A stretch of DNA of 64,000 nt from Arcobacteraceae bacterium (GCA_041694355.1 JASMTK010000012.1:11201-75200); one strand, 5' to 3'. Shown: positions 28,442-38,677, counted from the first letter of the stretch. Notes: generated by a model not told the origin, from the sequence alone. Numbers and translations are program-made.

Positions 28442-29016
28442 TAATCTTCCAATCCAAAATATGAGTAAATTGCGTTTTCTCTTACTATACTAAAATCACC
28501 TTTTAAAGTTACCATTTTTGATTTATCATATTTATACTCATAAGAAAAATCAAACTGACTTAAAAGTTTTGAAAATAAATCCCCTGAGGTATCTACTATA
28601 AATACATCTTTATTTACTTCATAAATATAAATAAAATTTAGTATATATTTTTTATCAACTTCGTATACAATAAAATCAAAACCATCAAACTCATACTTTT
28701 CTAAAACTGACATCTCCTTTATATTCTCTCTGTTTTTAAGTAATGATATATATAAAGAGCTTGGTAAACCATCCCATGTCACATCATTGTCAATATTTAC
28801 ATACTCTACTAATAGTGAGGAACTAAGTATAGTATAGGCTTCTAAAACATATGAATCATGTCTTGTATTTGTTTCATAGTTATCTATAGGATAAGAGTAA
28901 ACTGTCTCAATATCTACTTTAAATCTTAATTCATTTTCATCAAAACTAAATAATGGTCTTGATAATTTAATAAAACTTTTGAAAAAACCTTTTACAAGTC
29001 TAGTTAGTGCACCCAT
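28441..29016 (-). CDS. Hypothetical protein
   Basis: 191-aa ORF with SD AAGG. Confidence 0.6.
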   Translation of the reverse strand: MGALTRLVKGFFKSFIKLSRPLFSFDENELRFKVDIETVYSYPIDNYETNTRHDSYVLEAYTILSSSLLVEYVNIDNDVTWDGLPSSLYISLLKNRENIKEMSVLEKYEFDGFDFIVYEVDKKYILNFIYIYEVNKDVFIVDTSGDLFSKLLSQFDFSYEYKYDKSKMVTLKGDFSIVRENAIYSYFGLED

Positions 29017-29076
29017 TTGAAGCCTTATAATTAATAGTTATAAAACTTTATCATAAATTATAGAGAAGTTCAAGTT

Positions 29077-29101
29077 AAAGACCCACGAAAAGTGAGTCTT
29101 T
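29077..29101 (-). terminator. Terminator after the MCP gene
   Basis: AAAGAC-c-CAC-gaaaa-GTG-a-GTCTTT hairpin. Confidence 0.5.
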
Positions 29102-31569
29102 TAGAATGTTTCCCATTCATCATCAGATGATGAGTTATCTTTTATTGAAGTATGTTGTGTAGTGTTTTTATTATAACTATTTTTTGGTTTTGATGAAGAG
29201 TTATTTGTTGTTTTTCTCTCATTTGTCATTTCAGTGTAACTACTTTGGTTGTTGATTTTTAAATCTTCAACCTCACGTGTAACGTCAATGTTATTTTTAC
29301 CCTCAAACTCTTTTTCATTTGCTTTACTTACAATACTTTTAGCTAGTTCTGAAGTACTTAGTGCAATATTTCTTGTTTCACTTGCCACTGAAGCATTTTT
29401 CTGAGTTTGTTGGTCTAGTGAATTAATAGCATCGTTTATTTGAACAATACCTGTTTCCTGCTCTTTTGAAGCACTTGAAACATCAGATATCAACTCAATA
29501 GTTTTATCAATATTGCTATTTAATCCTGAATAACCTTTTATCATCTCATCAGCAATATTTTTACCCTCATTTGCTTTTATGTTTGCATTTTCAACAAGTG
29601 ATTTAATCTCATTTGCTGCATCAGCACTTCTATTTGCTAAGTTTCTTACTTCTTGGGCTACTACTGCAAAACCTTTCCCTGCTTCACCTGCTGTTGCTGC
29701 TTCTACTGCTGCGTTTAAACTTAATATATTTGTTTGGAATGCTATTTGATCGATTATTGTTATTGCTTCATTGATTGATGTTACTTGTGTATTAATCTCA
29801 TCCATAGCATCTGTTGTTTTTGTAGCTAAACTTTGACCTTCACTTGCTGAGTTTGTAACCTGATTTGCTAGATTTGACATCTCAGAAATCTTATGAGTTG
29901 TTGAAGTTACATTTCCTGTAATCTCTTCTAAAGCAGCAGCTGTTTCTTCAAGTGATGCAGCAGCTTCATTTGAAGCTTGATTTAACGTCTCAACATTTGC
30001 TAATAACACATCAGATGAACCATCCATGATTAGTCCACTTTTCTTATTGTCAATCAACATTTGCGTTGTTGCATTTCCAAGAGAATTAACTCCATTTGAT
30101 AATTTTAATAGATGTTCTTTTAATCCATCTGTTTTTACTCTTGGTACATAGTTGTATTTTGAGTACTGCTCTAACACATCAAGAATACTATCGATATTAT
30201 CTTCTAAGTTATCCGCCATTTGATTTAATACATCTTTTAACTTATTAAGTGCTGGGTTCTCAACTGAGGTGTTGATTCTTTGTCTTAAATCACCTTGCTC
30301 AAACTCATTTAATACAGAGATTGTCTCTTCAATTATGTCTCTATCTTCATCAATAGATTTTTTAGCTTTTTGAATATTTTCATTTACAACTTTTGCCATC
30401 AATCCAATTTCATCAAAGCTATCACTCTCTAACTCAACAACCTCTTTTGACTCTCTGTTTATGTATTTAAAGAATCCTTCTAAACCTTTTTGGAATCTCT
30501 CTAATCTTTTAACTACCACATTATTTATAATAATAATTGCACCAATAACAACTAATGCAAGTAATACAACTGCGATAATCAAAATTAAATCTCTAATTGC
30601 ATTTGGTGTTTTTAGTACTTCTGCCTCATCTATTTCTGAAATAATTGCCCACTTTAAATTTTCACTTATATTTAAAGGTGCGTATGCTGAAAGTACTGGG
30701 TTTCCATTGTAGTCTGTAATAACTTCTGTATTTTTCTTACCTGCTAAAGCCTCTTTTGTAGCTTTAGTATCAACTTTTGAGTTATTTGAAAATGAAGCTT
30801 TTAAACTATGACCATCAGGGTCTAAGTAACTATCACTTCTCATTAACATATCAGAACCTACTAAATAGTCCTCTTGTGAATCACCATAACCTTTTCTAAA
30901 CTGCATAATGTTGTTTATAGCTCTATCACTAATCTGAAATACCAATATAGCTTTTAAATTACCATTTTCATATACAGGATTACCTATAAACATTGCAGGA
31001 GCATTGTTACTTGGTGCATAAGGTCTCATATCTACATATGTAACTTTATCATTTTGTAAAGTTTTTCTCCATACTTCACCTAATCCACTATCTTTTAAAG
31101 AACCATTTTTTAAATTTGCACCATAATCAGACTCTTTTGTAGCTGTATAAATAACATGCCCTGTATTAGGAGTGATTAAAAATACGTCATAATATCCATA
31201 CTCTTTAATATAATTTTGAAAGAAATTTTCAAAAGGTTTTGTAGCATTTTGCACTTCACTTGAACTTACATCATAACTTGAACCACTATTTAAACCAACA
31301 GTTGAAAATGTCTGTTCTAAACTATGATATAGTTTTTTTACATCTGAACTGTTTGCTAAAACTTTTATATCACCAATTCTTTCATCAAAAAACTTTTGAA
31401 TTTGATTTGATTTAGAGTCTCTAGCAGCTGTAAGCATAGAGTAGCTTTGATTTATTAATCCCTCTTTTGCTTTAGTTACTGAAAAACCTGCAAGAATAAT
31501 AGTAAGTAAACTTAAAGATACTACTATTAAAACAATCACTTTTGCTTTGATTGTTAGTTTTTTATGTAT
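29101..31569 (-). CDS. Methyl-accepting chemotaxis protein with dCache-like sensor, probable ATA start
   Basis: [37 protein letters not shown] signalling domain; TM-sensor-TM-HAMP; SD AAGGGA 5 nt before ATA 31569 gives [10 protein letters not shown] ahead of TM1. Confidence 0.9.
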   Translation of the reverse strand: MHKKLTIKAKVIVLIVVSLSLLTIILAGFSVTKAKEGLINQSYSMLTAARDSKSNQIQKFFDERIGDIKVLANSSDVKKLYHSLEQTFSTVGLNSGSSYDVSSSEVQNATKPFENFFQNYIKEYGYYDVFLITPNTGHVIYTATKESDYGANLKNGSLKDSGLGEVWRKTLQNDKVTYVDMRPYAPSNNAPAMFIGNPVYENGNLKAILVFQISDRAINNIMQFRKGYGDSQEDYLVGSDMLMRSDSYLDPDGHSLKASFSNNSKVDTKATKEALAGKKNTEVITDYNGNPVLSAYAPLNISENLKWAIISEIDEAEVLKTPNAIRDLILIIAVVLLALVVIGAIIIINNVVVKRLERFQKGLEGFFKYINRESKEVVELESDSFDEIGLMAKVVNENIQKAKKSIDEDRDIIEETISVLNEFEQGDLRQRINTSVENPALNKLKDVLNQMADNLEDNIDSILDVLEQYSKYNYVPRVKTDGLKEHLLKLSNGVNSLGNATTQMLIDNKKSGLIMDGSSDVLLANVETLNQASNEAAASLEETAAALEEITGNVTSTTHKISEMSNLANQVTNSASEGQSLATKTTDAMDEINTQVTSINEAITIIDQIAFQTNILSLNAAVEAATAGEAGKGFAVVAQEVRNLANRSADAANEIKSLVENANIKANEGKNIADEMIKGYSGLNSNIDKTIELISDVSSASKEQETGIVQINDAINSLDQQTQKNASVASETRNIALSTSELAKSIVSKANEKEFEGKNNIDVTREVEDLKINNQSSYTEMTNERKTTNNSSSKPKNSYNKNTTQHTSIKDNSSSDDEWETF

Positions 31570-31831
31570 TCTATTCCCTTATATTAAATTTTATCTGATT
31601 ATAAAATAAACAATATTTATATTTCATTAATTAAGTTACTTTTTTATAACTAACAAAAACATATCTTTTAAGAAATATTTAATGTTGGTATTCTTACTAA
31701 GTTTTGTTACATTACTGTTACATAACATTTAGTTATTTATAACCGCTAAAATAACTTTTATATGTTTTTTTATATGTTAATTACATATAATTAATATTTT
31801 GATACAATACAAAAAAATCAAATGGATGACT

Positions 31832-32302
31832 ATGAATATAGAAAAATATTTTCAAAAAGAGCAAATCATAAAAAATTTATCAAAATATGAACTTTATTAT
31901 CAAATTTCACTTGGTAGATTATGTGCTAATACAAATAAACAAATAGATGATCAAAATATTGAGTTCCAATATGCTTTAGGTTCTATTTATGAACTACTAA
32001 AAGATATTTCAACTTTAGAAAATTTTGATGATATTTTTGAAGATGAACTTAAAAAACAAAGTGCAATGGATGCACTACAACACTTCGCAAACTCTCACTT
32101 AGAGTCTATAAAAAGTGAAGCAATAGAGATAGAGACGACTGTAAATGAAATAAATGATAATAGATTTTTCAACTCTGCTATGTTAGATATTTATAAAAAA
32201 AATAAGAAACAACAACTAGATAAATGGGAAAAAATAATAACTGATGATTTAGCAGTAGCTATTTTACAATCATTAAGAGAATTAGAAGCCTCAAACAAAT
32301 AA
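31832..32302 (+). CDS. Hypothetical protein
   Basis: Start placed at ATG 31832 behind GGA; the track TTG at 31799 lies inside the TG-a-TACAAT promoter (31800-31808). Confidence 0.62.
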   Translation: MNIEKYFQKEQIIKNLSKYELYYQISLGRLCANTNKQIDDQNIEFQYALGSIYELLKDISTLENFDDIFEDELKKQSAMDALQHFANSHLESIKSEAIEIETTVNEINDNRFFNSAMLDIYKKNKKQQLDKWEKIITDDLAVAILQSLRELEASNK

Positions 32303-33150
32303 TGAAAACAGTTTTTAACAAAAAAGAGTTAATAAATCTTCTTTATTTAACTTTTGGTTCTGCTTTAATAGCTGTTTCGGTTGTACTATTTTTCGTACCT
32401 CACAACTTCACCACAGGTGGAACACCAGGTTTAGCTATTCTTTTGCATCACCTAACTGGCTTTTCAATAGGTTTAATGGTGATTGCTATAAATATACCTT
32501 TGCTTATTTGGGGTATAAAATATTTAGGTAAGCTATTTGCTATTAAAACAATTATTTCAATTGGTTTAATATCTCTTTTTCTTGACCTTTTTTCTTATGC
32601 TTTAAGCTTTGATATTTTGATTGAAAATATTCTAGTAGCAGCTATTTTTGGTGGAACTATAATAGGCTTTGGAGTTGGTCTTATAATCAAAGGGAACGCT
32701 AGTGCTGGTGGTTCTACTATAGTTGCTAGAGTTTTATCTATAAAATCAAATATCAAACCTGCAAAAGTAATACTAATAAGTGATACTTTGATAGTTTTAA
32801 GTTCAATATATGTATTTGAAGATTTTGAAAAAGCTGTTTTAAGTATAATGAGTATTTATGCTACTGCTAAAGCTATTGATGTGATACTTACAGGTACCCT
32901 AAGTACTAAAGTTATTCATATTGCTACAAATAAGCCAATTGAACTAAGTGAAAAAATATCTAAAGCATTAGTTGATGATGGAACAATAATAAATGGAACA
33001 GCTTTGAATAATAAAGATGGTAAAACTCTAATCTTTATGGTATTAAATGTTAAAAAACTGGGTGAATTAAGACAAATAATAGAACAAACAGATAAAGAAG
33101 CATTTATGATAGTAATGGAAGCATCTGAGATGCTTGGCCGAGGTCATTAA
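32302..33150 (+). CDS. YitT/DUF161 family membrane protein
   Basis: FTTGGTPGLAI; INIPLL; GNASAGGS; C-terminal DKEAFM domain. Confidence 0.88.
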   Translation: MKTVFNKKELINLLYLTFGSALIAVSVVLFFVPHNFTTGGTPGLAILLHHLTGFSIGLMVIAINIPLLIWGIKYLGKLFAIKTIISIGLISLFLDLFSYALSFDILIENILVAAIFGGTIIGFGVGLIIKGNASAGGSTIVARVLSIKSNIKPAKVILISDTLIVLSSIYVFEDFEKAVLSIMSIYATAKAIDVILTGTLSTKVIHIATNKPIELSEKISKALVDDGTIINGTALNNKDGKTLIFMVLNVKKLGELRQIIEQTDKEAFMIVMEASEMLGRGH

Positions 33151-34103
33151 AAAGAGGCAGTATTATATCTCTCTTTATCTTTTATAACCTCAGCATTTAA
33201 AACTATATCAACTATAGTTTTATCTTTATTATCTGAAAATTTTTCAATGATTTTATCACAAACTTTTACAAGTTCTTTTTCTCTTTGAAGCTCACTTAAA
33301 ATCACTGATTTATTATGAAGTGCAAAAGCAACCTCTTTTTGCATAAAGCCCTTTGGATAGTTCTCAAATTTATTTATTAATTTATCATATGTTTCGATTG
33401 CTTCATATACTCTATTTGACTCTTTTAATCTACTAGCTTTATTTATCATTGACTTTGCTACAAAATCTAAGATATACTCATCTACACTATCTTGGAAGTT
33501 TTCGATAATATAGTTATAAGTTTTAATAGCATCATCTGCCCTATCTTTTTTTGTTTCTAATAAAGCACAGTTATAACAACCTAAAATAACTTGCTGTAAT
33601 ACATCATTGTCTGTACTGTTTTTAAAGTTTAAAATAAACTCTTTATATACTTTTATTGCATCATCTAAACTTTTTAATTCACTTGTACAAATAGCTTTAT
33701 TTATGTATGATTTAGCAAGAACTATTTCCATCTCATCTGAGGTATCTTCCATAAATCTTTCAATCAAAGTTTCATAAGTTTTTAACTCTGATTGATAATC
33801 TTTTAACTTAGCATAAATCAAAGCTTTGTTGTAATAGGCATAAGATAAGAACTTCTCCACCTCTTTACTTTCTGAAGTGTCAAATCTTTTTATAATCTCA
33901 TCATAACAAGCAATTACCTCTTTTGTTTTATTTATGTTTGTAAGTGCTGTTGCTTTTCCCATAAGAGTATAAAATACTTCCCTATCATTATCATCTGCAA
34001 CATCCAATAAATCATCTACAAAACCTAAGGCCTCATCAAACTCTTCATTTTTTAGTCTATTTCTAAATTGTGTATATAGCTCTTCAAAAGTTGTATGATT
34101 CAA
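33147..34103 (-). CDS. TPR-like protein with about six 43-aa repeats
   Basis: Recurrent NKA...Y..II..F....A..N units at 43-residue spacing; TTG start with SD AAGG. Confidence 0.82.
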   Translation of the reverse strand: MNHTTFEELYTQFRNRLKNEEFDEALGFVDDLLDVADDNDREVFYTLMGKATALTNINKTKEVIACYDEIIKRFDTSESKEVEKFLSYAYYNKALIYAKLKDYQSELKTYETLIERFMEDTSDEMEIVLAKSYINKAICTSELKSLDDAIKVYKEFILNFKNSTDNDVLQQVILGCYNCALLETKKDRADDAIKTYNYIIENFQDSVDEYILDFVAKSMINKASRLKESNRVYEAIETYDKLINKFENYPKGFMQKEVAFALHNKSVILSELQREKELVKVCDKIIEKFSDNKDKTIVDIVLNAEVIKDKERYNTASF

Positions 34104-34179
34104 TTTTATTTACCTTTATAAACTCTTTTTTTTATTTTACTAAAGATTACTTGAATAGATATTAATAAAATAAACTAGT

Positions 34180-34659
34180 TTAATTTATAGCAAACTTTCT
34201 TAAAGAATCACCCTCTAATCTATAACCAATCCACTCATCAAGTGATTTTGCACCAATACTTTCATAGAACTCTCTTGATGGTGTATTCCAATCTAAGCAA
34301 ACCCACTCCAATCTTCCATAGTCATTTTCAAGGGCTTTTTTGGCAAGATGTTTTAACATCTTTTTTCCTGCACCATTTCCTCTTTTAGACTCTGTTATAT
34401 ATAAATCTTCTAGATAAATTCCATTTTTTCCAAGCCATGTTGAGTAGTTATAAAAATATATAGCATAACCAATAGCGACACCATCTTCTTCACAAATCAG
34501 TGCTTCTACGGTAGAATCCTTACCAAATATTGCCTCTCTTGTCTCTTCTACTGTTGTTTTCACTTCATGTTTAGCTTTTTCATAAACTGCTAACTCTACT
34601 ATAAAATCATATATTGTTTTTGCATCACTTACTACTGCTTGTCTTATAGTAACTGCCAT
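34180..34659 (-). CDS. GNAT acetyltransferase (SSAT/diamine-acetyltransferase-like)
   Basis: YNYSTWLGKNGIYLEDLYI; RGNGAG; LDWN. Confidence 0.9.
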   Translation of the reverse strand: MAVTIRQAVVSDAKTIYDFIVELAVYEKAKHEVKTTVEETREAIFGKDSTVEALICEEDGVAIGYAIYFYNYSTWLGKNGIYLEDLYITESKRGNGAGKKMLKHLAKKALENDYGRLEWVCLDWNTPSREFYESIGAKSLDEWIGYRLEGDSLRKFAIN

Positions 34660-34675
34660 TTTGTTATCTCCTATA

Positions 34676-35311
34676 CTAATTTATCTTCTCTACTTTTTCT
34701 TCAAAACCTTCATGATAACTAATCATTACAGGTACTTCTATATCTTTAATATATTTTTCTATCATTTGAGTTAGGTTCTCTTTATTTGTAAACTTTTTTG
34801 CATATTCATCTTTTAGTTTTATATAAATAACCGTACCAGATGTCTCTTCATTTATACAAGGTGCTACATTAAAAGTTTCACCATCACAATTGTATTTATA
34901 AGCTGTACTTTCACCTAATCCTTTTGAGATTATTGATATTTTTTTTGCTACTAAAAATACAGAATATAACCCTACACTACTTGGACAAACCTCTTCCTCA
35001 ATATATTTATTTGCTCTATGAATTGCGTGGGTTTGAGTACAGTTTGTAAGCTCATTTTTTGTCATACCTAAACCATTATCTACAATAGTTAAAGAACCAT
35101 CATAACTATCAAAGTATATTTCTATAAACCCCTCATAATCTTTTAACTCTTTTTGAAACTCTTCTTCTTTTTTAAGTTCATAAAGCTTTGTAACTGCTGT
35201 ATTTGAATTGTGAATTAACTCTTTTAAAAATAAATCTTTGTTTGTATCTTTCTCATTTGATAAAGCGTTAATCATCTTTTTTATTCTTTCATTCATTTTA
35301 TATTCTGACAT
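34676..35311 (-). CDS. Stand-alone degenerate HtpG/Hsp90 N-terminal (GHKL) domain
   Basis: Aligns with the htpG N-domain in this window: KELIHN vs RELVSN; DNGLGM; VGLYSVFLVA; identical GTVIYIKLKDE; ATG 35311 behind AGGAG. Confidence 0.82.
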   Translation of the reverse strand: MSEYKMNERIKKMINALSNEKDTNKDLFLKELIHNSNTAVTKLYELKKEEEFQKELKDYEGFIEIYFDSYDGSLTIVDNGLGMTKNELTNCTQTHAIHRANKYIEEEVCPSSVGLYSVFLVAKKISIISKGLGESTAYKYNCDGETFNVAPCINEETSGTVIYIKLKDEYAKKFTNKENLTQMIEKYIKDIEVPVMISYHEGFEEKVEKIN

Positions 35312-35452
35312 ATTCAACTCCTAAATTTGTGACGATACTCTAACACAAATAGATAAAAAAATCTTTATAGATTGGTGTTAATACTAAAATATTTAAATTT
35401 TTAACTATTTATATTAAATAATAACATTCATCATAACTTAGACAAGTTATTT

Positions 35453-35775
35453 TCAAAGGTTAATTTTAAGATAATCTTCAATCATAGGACGATAATCCTT
35501 TCTACAAACTAAAGATGATTTATGTTTCTCATTTGTGAAGTTGCTTCTTCTACTTTTTTTACAATATCTACAGCAAAAGGGTATAGTTTCTCACCCTCAT
35601 TTGTAAGAACAACCCCTCTGTTTGTTCTATGAAATAGACTATAAGCTAAGTTTTTTTCAAGCTGTTTGATTCTTGAAGTTATGTTTGACTGAGTGAAGCC
35701 TAAGCTCTTAGCTGCATTTGATATACTTTTTTCATTTTTTACTGTGATAAATACTTTTAATAAATTTGAATCCAT
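35453..35775 (-). pseudogene. LysR-family regulator with a large internal deletion
   Basis: Intact HTH (SISNAAKSLGFTQSNITSRIKQLE) ends at TAG 35509-35511; an out-of-frame tail LVCRKDYRPMIEDYLKINL-stop follows immediately. Confidence 0.65.
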
Positions 35776-35800
35776 AAAACTTCCTATAATCTTTTGTGTT

Positions 35801-36544
35801 TTAAATAGCTATAGTTTGAACTACTAAACCAACAGCTATGATAAACAGTAATACTTTTAAAATCTTTGCATAAAACTTTGCATCGATTTTTTTCTTTATT
35901 TTTATACCAAAGTATAAACCAATAGCAACTAAAAACATACTAGCAAATGATATTTCAACAGCCGTACTACTAAATGCTCCAAAATATACAAAAGTTGCTA
36001 TCTGACCTACTTTTGTAAATAAAAAACATAAGTTTGATAGTTGAATAGTATCTTTTTTAGAGTACTTAAGCTCTAAAGTATACATGATAGTCAAAGGTGC
36101 TACAACATTTGTAAGACCTGATACAATACCACCAATCAAACCTAATCCATAAGTAGATGATTTAGGATAAGAAGAGATAAAAGTGGCTCTAACTTTTATA
36201 GCTGATTGAATCAAATAAGCAAAGATGATAAAAGCTAACAGCAACTTAAAATACTCAGAATTAAAATAAACAAGTATATAAGTTCCAACACAAGAACCAA
36301 TCACCATAAGAAGTATAATAAACCAAAACTTCCTCAAAGCCTCAAAAAACTTCCCCTCACTTAAAATACTAACTAAGTTCACAATCATAGTAGGAACAAT
36401 AATATAAGTAATAGTAGTTTGAATATCAGTAAAAAGTGCAACAACAGGCGTAGAAATAAGCCCAAAACCAAAACCAATACTTCCATGAATAAAAGAAGAA
36501 ATCAGTATAACAAGAGTAAAAACAATAAGAAATTCAGTTTCCAT
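35801..36544 (-). CDS. TauE/SafE (sulfite exporter-like) membrane protein
   Basis: GSIGFGFGLISTP; GGIVSGLTNV; highly hydrophobic; ATG 36544 behind AAGG. Confidence 0.82.
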   Translation of the reverse strand: METEFLIVFTLVILISSFIHGSIGFGFGLISTPVVALFTDIQTTITYIIVPTMIVNLVSILSEGKFFEALRKFWFIILLMVIGSCVGTYILVYFNSEYFKLLLAFIIFAYLIQSAIKVRATFISSYPKSSTYGLGLIGGIVSGLTNVVAPLTIMYTLELKYSKKDTIQLSNLCFLFTKVGQIATFVYFGAFSSTAVEISFASMFLVAIGLYFGIKIKKKIDAKFYAKILKVLLFIIAVGLVVQTIAI

Positions 36545-36638
36545 ATGACTACCTTTAATATTACATATAACTATGTGTAATACCAAATAGTATTACTAAT
36601 CATTATATCTGATTTTTTTTAAAGGGGTTTGAATTTGT

Positions 36639-36968
36639 TTATTTAGTAAGTATTTGTTTGATAGTATTTTCAAGTTTTGGTAAATGAGTTCTTATAATAT
36701 CTTCAATAAGCATTTTATTTACACCTTCATAATCATGTGCAATAAAATTTCGTACATCATAAGTACCTTTTATTGGTAGACTTGAAGCAAAATCTTCATT
36801 TCTTAGTTTATGTAGTGTTTCACCTATTTGAAGTAAACACATTAACGTGGCATCATATCCCATAGTATCGTTAAGAAGTTCTTCAATGCTTTTAAATCTT
36901 TGACGAAAGGAGTTAACATCTTCTATTTTTTCTAAAATAAAATGTAGCTTTTCAAAAGAACTAGACAT
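36639..36968 (-). CDS. HEPN/DUF86 (HepT-like) RNase toxin
   Basis: RNFIAHDY matches RX4HXY; LLQIGE. Confidence 0.88.
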   Translation of the reverse strand: MSSSFEKLHFILEKIEDVNSFRQRFKSIEELLNDTMGYDATLMCLLQIGETLHKLRNEDFASSLPIKGTYDVRNFIAHDYEGVNKMLIEDIIRTHLPKLENTIKQILTK

Positions 36969-37269
36969 ATAAAATATCTTTTAAAGCATATTTTTTAAAG
37001 GTACGGCTATTATTGTCAATAGTAGCAATATCAACTTTTAAATTAAGTGTATTTTGTAAATCTTCTTTAATTTGTGAAAGCTTTGAAAAGGCTTCAAAAC
37101 CTGAGTATTTTTCAACAAAAGTAGGTTCTATATCATAAAGTAAATCTATATCACTATCTTTTGTCTGTGTATTTTTAGCATAAGAGCCAAATACTCCTAC
37201 AATTTTAAATCCATCTTTTAAAAGTTTTTGTTTTTCTATTTTGATTTTATCTAATAACTCTTTTTCCAT
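36961..37269 (-). CDS. Minimal nucleotidyltransferase (MntA-like antitoxin)
   Basis: GSYAKNTQTKDSDID matches GSX10DXD; overlaps the HEPN gene by 8 nt. Confidence 0.9.
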   Translation of the reverse strand: MEKELLDKIKIEKQKLLKDGFKIVGVFGSYAKNTQTKDSDIDLLYDIEPTFVEKYSGFEAFSKLSQIKEDLQNTLNLKVDIATIDNNSRTFKKYALKDILYV

Positions 37270-37327
37270 AATATGCCTTTTTAGATATATAATTATATCA
37301 TAGAAAATTAAACATACTCAACTTATC

Positions 37328-38677
37328 TTATTTCTTATTATGATTTTCAAAAATATCAATATATTTTAGTAGTCTTTCTTTTACTTCTTGGTTTTCAAAA
37401 GAGTTAGCCCAATCTTTTAACTCACCAAAAGACCAATTTTCAATAGATGTATCTTTAAACTCTTCTTTCCACTCTTCTATTTCATTATCAATTTCAGAAT
37501 CTTTTGCTTTTTCTAAAAGAGTTAACATTTTGTATTGAATAAGCTCACTTTTATCATCTTTTACAAGCTTAGAATATAAATTTAAATCTTTTTGTGAATT
37601 TAATTTATTTAATATTAAATTTGTTTCTATTTTATTTATTAAAGCACTTGCAACTTTTTCTAAAATACTATTTTCTTTTGAATTTTTGAATCTTTTTACC
37701 ATTTCATCGTATACTTCTATTTCTTCTTCACTTCTATTTATTTGTCCAAGTGTTAGAGCCTTATTATATAAAGCACTTGAAACATTCTTTAAAATGCTAT
37801 TATCTTTTGAATCTTCAAATCTTTTTACCATTTCATCATATACTTCTATTGATTCTTGATTTTTTTCTAATCGACCTAATGTAATTGCTTTAGACCATAG
37901 AATTTTTAATAAACTATTATCACTTAAAGCTTCTTTTTCTAGAATATTTAAATCCTCTAAAGCTTCTTGATAATTTTCTTTAACAAATTTTGAAACAAAC
38001 AATTTATATTTGTCTTCAAAAGTGTAATCCTTCTTATTTTTAGATGACTTTATCTCTTGAATTTCTTCTTCTAATTCTTTCTTTTCATCTTCTGTAAAAT
38101 CTTTTTTATCTAGTAATTTCTTTCTATTTTCTAATTCTTGAGTTAATCCTTCATTTTTTTCAAATAATTTTTTAGCCTTATCATCAATCTCTTCCAAATA
38201 AACATCAACTTTTGATTTAAATTCCTTATCAGCTTTTTCATCAATCCATTTTTTTAATTATTTTTCTGCTGCTAATTTAGCTTCTTTTTTTGCACTATTT
38301 GCATAACTTCTATTTACTAAGAAAACCACAAAACCTGTAAAAATAGCAATTGCTGAAAATCCAATCCCCCAATAGTTTAAGTTCGAATGAACATCTTCAA
38401 TTCTTTTATCTTGTCTATCAATTATATTTTTATAGTTTTCTAAAGAGTTTTTATCTTTTCTTAATTCATCTAATTTATTTTCTAACTCTTTTATCTCATT
38501 TTCTTTTTGAATTATCTGTCCAAAAATAAGAGTGATTTTTTCATCATTTATTTTTTGTGCATATTCTTGTGAGGTTTTGAGTTCAAATAGTTTTTGATTT
38601 ACTTCTTCATTTGAAGCAAAAAGAGAAGATATAAATATAAAAGTTAAAATTATAGATTTAAAAAAAGAGTTGTGCAT
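37328..38677 (-). pseudogene. Membrane-anchored coiled-coil/TPR-like gene interrupted by one in-frame TAA
   Basis: Track ORFs 38258-38704 and 37328-38197 share a frame and are separated only by TAA 38258-38260 (AAEK*LKKWIDEKADKEF). Confidence 0.78.

Noticed and set aside
37691-37849. Direct repeats as a possible CRISPR array
   Set aside because: Only two copies, in frame with a 129-bp period inside a coding repeat, and no cas genes
38258-38260. Stop-codon reassignment as the explanation for the internal TAA
   Set aside because: TAA terminates many intact genes in this window
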